The position numbers and the translations under genes were made by a program. A stretch of DNA of 19,330 nt from Bacillota bacterium (lineage in GTDB: Bacteria > Bacillota > Ch66 > Ch109): contig JBMNLH010000009.1 of NCBI GenBank assembly GCA_050952625.1, forward strand, positions 1-19,330, written 5' to 3'. Each line of letters begins with the position of its first letter. Position 1 is the first letter of the stretch. Below are positions 16,522 through 19,330 of the stretch, piece by piece. The notes beneath the pieces were generated by a model. That model saw only the letters and a list, made by a program, of their open reading frames with translations. It did not search any database and was not told the origin of the DNA.

Positions 16522-16668
16522 GTAAACAGGGGAAGGCTGGAGACGGTCCTTTCGTTTAGATTTAGGTTAAACATAAATTGGAAAGAGGATTTGATTTATA
16601 AAACAAGGAAAGAGGTCTAAACTTCGTGAGTTTTTTGTTGAAGGCAAGGTCTAAGACCTTTGCAAATA

Positions 16669-16697
16669 GCAGGATTTGCCATATGTTTGTCGAAGAT
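16669..16697 (+). promoter_or_regulatory. Putative SigH-type promoter of the hemerythrin gene
   Basis: GCAGGATTT...GTCGAAG, AGGA-N17-GAAG, ~37 bp before the ATG. Confidence 0.4.
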
Positions 16698-16732
16698 ATA
16701 ACTCTAAATTATAGGTAAGGGGTAGTATCTTT

Positions 16733-17122
16733 ATGATTAAGTGGAAAGAAGAGTATCGGTTAGGCGTACCGACTATTGATGAACAGCACCAGAAATTATT
16801 TGAGATCGCTAACCGGGCCTATGAACTATTAAAAAATGAGGTACGGTTGGATAAATACGACAAGATTACAGAAATAATAGCAGAACTGAAAGACTATACC
16901 ATATATCATTTCAAAACAGAAGAAGAATACATGAGGAGTATTGGTTATCAAAAGTTTTTATCCCATAAAGTTTATCACGATGATTTTATAGAAAAAGTGG
17001 AAAACGTTGACCTAAATCAAATTGAAGATAACCAAGATAAGTACCTGCTCGGGGTATTAGACTTTGTAGTCAATTGGATTGATAGACATATTCTAGGACA
17101 GGATAAATTGATTGTCAGTTGA
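16733..17122 (+). CDS. Bacteriohemerythrin (single domain)
   Basis: W...Y.LGVPTIDEQH, YTIYHFKTEE, HKVYH, WIDRHILGQD iron ligands. Confidence 0.95.
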   Translation: MIKWKEEYRLGVPTIDEQHQKLFEIANRAYELLKNEVRLDKYDKITEIIAELKDYTIYHFKTEEEYMRSIGYQKFLSHKVYHDDFIEKVENVDLNQIEDNQDKYLLGVLDFVVNWIDRHILGQDKLIVS

Positions 17123-17239
17123 TAACAAAATCAATAGTTTACGGTGGGTATTGCTGCTGTTATTGTTCCGGTAGTTGTTCCTGATGCAATCTTTAGTTCC
17201 TTGGATATTTTACGCGTGGGAGGCAAACTCATATAAAAT

Positions 17240-17276
17240 AAAAAAGGAAGCAGAAGGACGGTCTTTCTGCTTCCTT
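17240..17276 (-). terminator. Long hairpin terminator formed by an intact REP-like unit
   Basis: AAGGAAGCAGAAGGAC-G-GTCTTTCTGCTTCCTT with an A-run on its left (U-tail for the minus strand); same GAAGCAGAA core as the 8569-8800 array. Confidence 0.75.
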
Positions 17277-17285
17277 GTACATTTA

Positions 17286-18783
17286 TTAACGGGGATCGTA
17301 ACCCACGACGGACCAGATGCCGGTCTCATCCGGTCGAACGAGGCGTTTCAAGTAGACCTGTTTAATTGGGCCGGCTTTCAGTCCCACAATTGCTTCCACG
17401 CCAGTGTTTTTAATTATGCTGGTCGGGCCTATCTCAGGGGGCTCGCCCTGGATTCCCTCTGGGGAAATCTGGAGATAAACGAAGGTTAATGCCACCTGGC
17501 TCGGATCCAACTGCCAAGGGCTATGCCCGGCATCGACCTGTTGCTGATCTGCTTTGGCAATCTCCAGATCAACGTATACCTTGACCGCCGCTTGGCTGGC
17601 TAAATCGTTTTCAGCGGCAGGCAGACTGAGGTCGCTGGCCAATTGGCGGGCTAGTTCGACCCGGTCTGGCCCCTCGATGGTTATTTCAATTCCTTCTTGT
17701 TGCCACCGCAACTGTTCGCTGAGCACTTCCAGCGGCCCTCCGCCAGCCTGGCCTACGGCTCCGTGGGCAGCCGGTTTAAAAGGTTCAGCAGCCGGGGTTT
17801 CCACAATGGTGGTATCTCCATAATTAAAGACAACCTTATCTTTATGGGCCAGTATCTGAACCGGCGGCTGATTGGGCACCAGTGGAGCAAAACCAGCGAT
17901 CACCGAGGCCTCGCCCGGGGTGTTGACCAGCTGTCCGGGATTCTTTTCAATCACCTGATACCCGGCCGGTACCTGAAAGGTAAAGAGCGTTGGCTCAAAA
18001 CTAACGTTGCTCTCAAAACTAACAAAGGTGTAAGTGGTTTGCAGGGCGTTGATCATCGCTGTTTTCAACTGCAAGGGCAGCTTGGTTGCTTGATCAATCC
18101 AAAGTTGATAGGGCAAGCCGCCCGGGGGCGAGATTTCCAGTTGAATCGCCGGGCGATCAGCGACCACTGTTTCTCCGACCACGGTGTGGGGATACTGCCG
18201 GGGCCCGCTCCGCTTCGGTCTTCAGGTTAAAATCGAAACCATGGCGTTGAGGGTCCGGGACTACCGGCAGAACAACGACAGTTTGGTTATCCGGCCTTAC
18301 CTGCCAGCGTTGCTCTCCATTATTGACCGTCAGGGTACCGTTATCCTGGCGCGTGGCGTATTTATTACCCTCGGCCCAGACTTCCACCTGCCGCACAACC
18401 CACTCCTCGCCAGCCTGATTAGTTGTTCGCATTTCAATTATTCCATGATAATTGTTTAACCGGGCCACTGCCTGCTCCATAGCCAGAACTAGATCCTGAT
18501 TAAAAAAGCTTGACCAGGCTTGAAAGACCAGCACCAGCAGAAGGCCGGCTGCGAGAGCGGCGAGCGGGGCGAAAACCCGGCGCGAGCGCGCTTTGCCGCG
18601 AAACGCCTGACGGACTCGATGGCCAAAATCCGGGGTTGGTTCCGCTGGTTGACGCAAACTTTTGACCATCCGCACAACTGAGGTAAGCTCTAAAAGCTCT
18701 GGATCTTGACCTGGTTCAGGCCTTCGTTCCTGGTTTAAGGCCTCGATAAACTGGTCAAGTTCTTTTTCCGGGAAACGTTTCAT
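17286..18783 (-). pseudogene. Membrane-anchored anti-sigma-like protein with LolA-like extracytoplasmic domain, split by a +1 frameshift (or sequencing error)
   Basis: ORFs 18157-18783 and 17286-18182 join into one 498-aa frame (...KTEAERARQYPHTVVGETVVADRPA...) if one G is removed from GGGG at 18200-18203; single TM helix; LWIDQATKLPLQ LolA-like strand; ATGA-coupled to the ECF sigma. Confidence 0.8.
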
Positions 18784-19319
18784 TGGTTAGCCACCTCCTG
18801 ATGATTATCCTTGATTAAATCCCTTAAGGCTTGAACGGCCCGGTACTGCAAGCCCCGGATTGCATCCTCACTCCGCCCCATCTTTCTGGCGGTTTCGGCC
18901 CGGGAATACCCCTCGACAATCCGCAGCTGCAGCACCATCCGGTGATCCGCTGAGAGCTGGGCCATCAGCCCCGCGAGCCAGGTTCGATCAATCACCGCCT
19001 CTGTTTGACTGTCCCCGAGCAAGAGCGATTCTTCCAAAGGAACTTGAATTCCCTGATTTCTTTTCCGTCGCCAGCGGTCGCGGATCAGGTTCAGAGCTAT
19101 CGTTTGTAGGTATTGCGGCGGCGGCAGGTTCTCCAATGACGAGAGATGGGCGAAGGCGCGAGCGTATGTCTCCTGGGTGAAGTCCTCAGCCTCCTGCCGG
19201 TTTTGAACCCGGTAATAAATGAACCGGTAAAGCCGGGGCCACGTCTGATCGCACCATCGCTGCACTCCTAGCTTGAATTGGTTAGTTCCCGCCGAATCAG
19301 CCCTTTTTGCGTGCACCAC
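18780..19319 (-). CDS. ECF-family RNA polymerase sigma factor
   Basis: Region 2 LYRFIYYRVQNRQEAEDFTQETYARA...IALNLIRDRWRR; region 4 LSADHRMVLQLRIVEGYSRAETARKMGRSEDAIRGLQYRAVQALR. Confidence 0.93.
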   Translation of the reverse strand: MVHAKRADSAGTNQFKLGVQRWCDQTWPRLYRFIYYRVQNRQEAEDFTQETYARAFAHLSSLENLPPPQYLQTIALNLIRDRWRRKRNQGIQVPLEESLLLGDSQTEAVIDRTWLAGLMAQLSADHRMVLQLRIVEGYSRAETARKMGRSEDAIRGLQYRAVQALRDLIKDNHQEVANQ

Positions 19320-19330
19320 TTTTACACCCC

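Noticed and set aside
16600-16670. c-di-GMP-I riboswitch upstream of hemerythrin (GGTCTAA words, GCAAGGTC-TAA-GACCTTTGC hairpin)
   Set aside because: Lacks the GGCAAA-stem-GAAA-stem-GACGCAAA first hairpin; only a simple stem-loop is visible.
10634-19180. Remaining short overlapping ORFs in the track (e.g. 10634-10855, 10996-11457, 11551-11769, 12653-12844, 17175-17489, 17697-18230, 18860-19180)
   Set aside because: They overlap real genes on the opposite strand or run through repeats and terminators; no family motifs recognised.

Overview
Window from a spore-forming, probably anaerobic Firmicute (Clostridia/Peptococcaceae-like; inferred from gene content and SigH/SigG-type promoters). The left ~7.85 kb is a decaying accessory island. 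It holds the 3' end of a small RHH-like gene followed by a palindrome-rich, recombination-site-like stretch; a surface (S-layer/Ig-like) gene that looks 5'-truncated and is cut by a complete IS66 element lacking a target-site duplication; a DUF262 (GmrSD-like) gene with an apparent in-frame deletion of its HNH nuclease region; and an intact HigB / HigA-ImmA(IrrE) toxin-antitoxin operon with promoter and tandem operators. The rest is core-like and rich in redox/oxygen-stress genes (nitroreductase, rubrerythrin, Fe/Mn SOD, CoA-disulfide reductase, hemerythrin), plus a lipoprotein, CBS protein, DEAD-box helicase and an ECF sigma / frameshifted anti-sigma-LolA-like pair. The intergenic DNA is unusually structured: orphan IS200/IS605 right-end-like minielements (two preceded by TTGAT and ending in TTCAC), a two-copy nested palindromic MITE, an alternating REP-like array that supplies a protein C-terminus, and several degenerate micro-tandem arrays seeded by gene ends or operator half-sites. 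No rRNA, tRNA or CRISPR-Cas was found. No single new multi-gene system is demonstrable from sequence alone.
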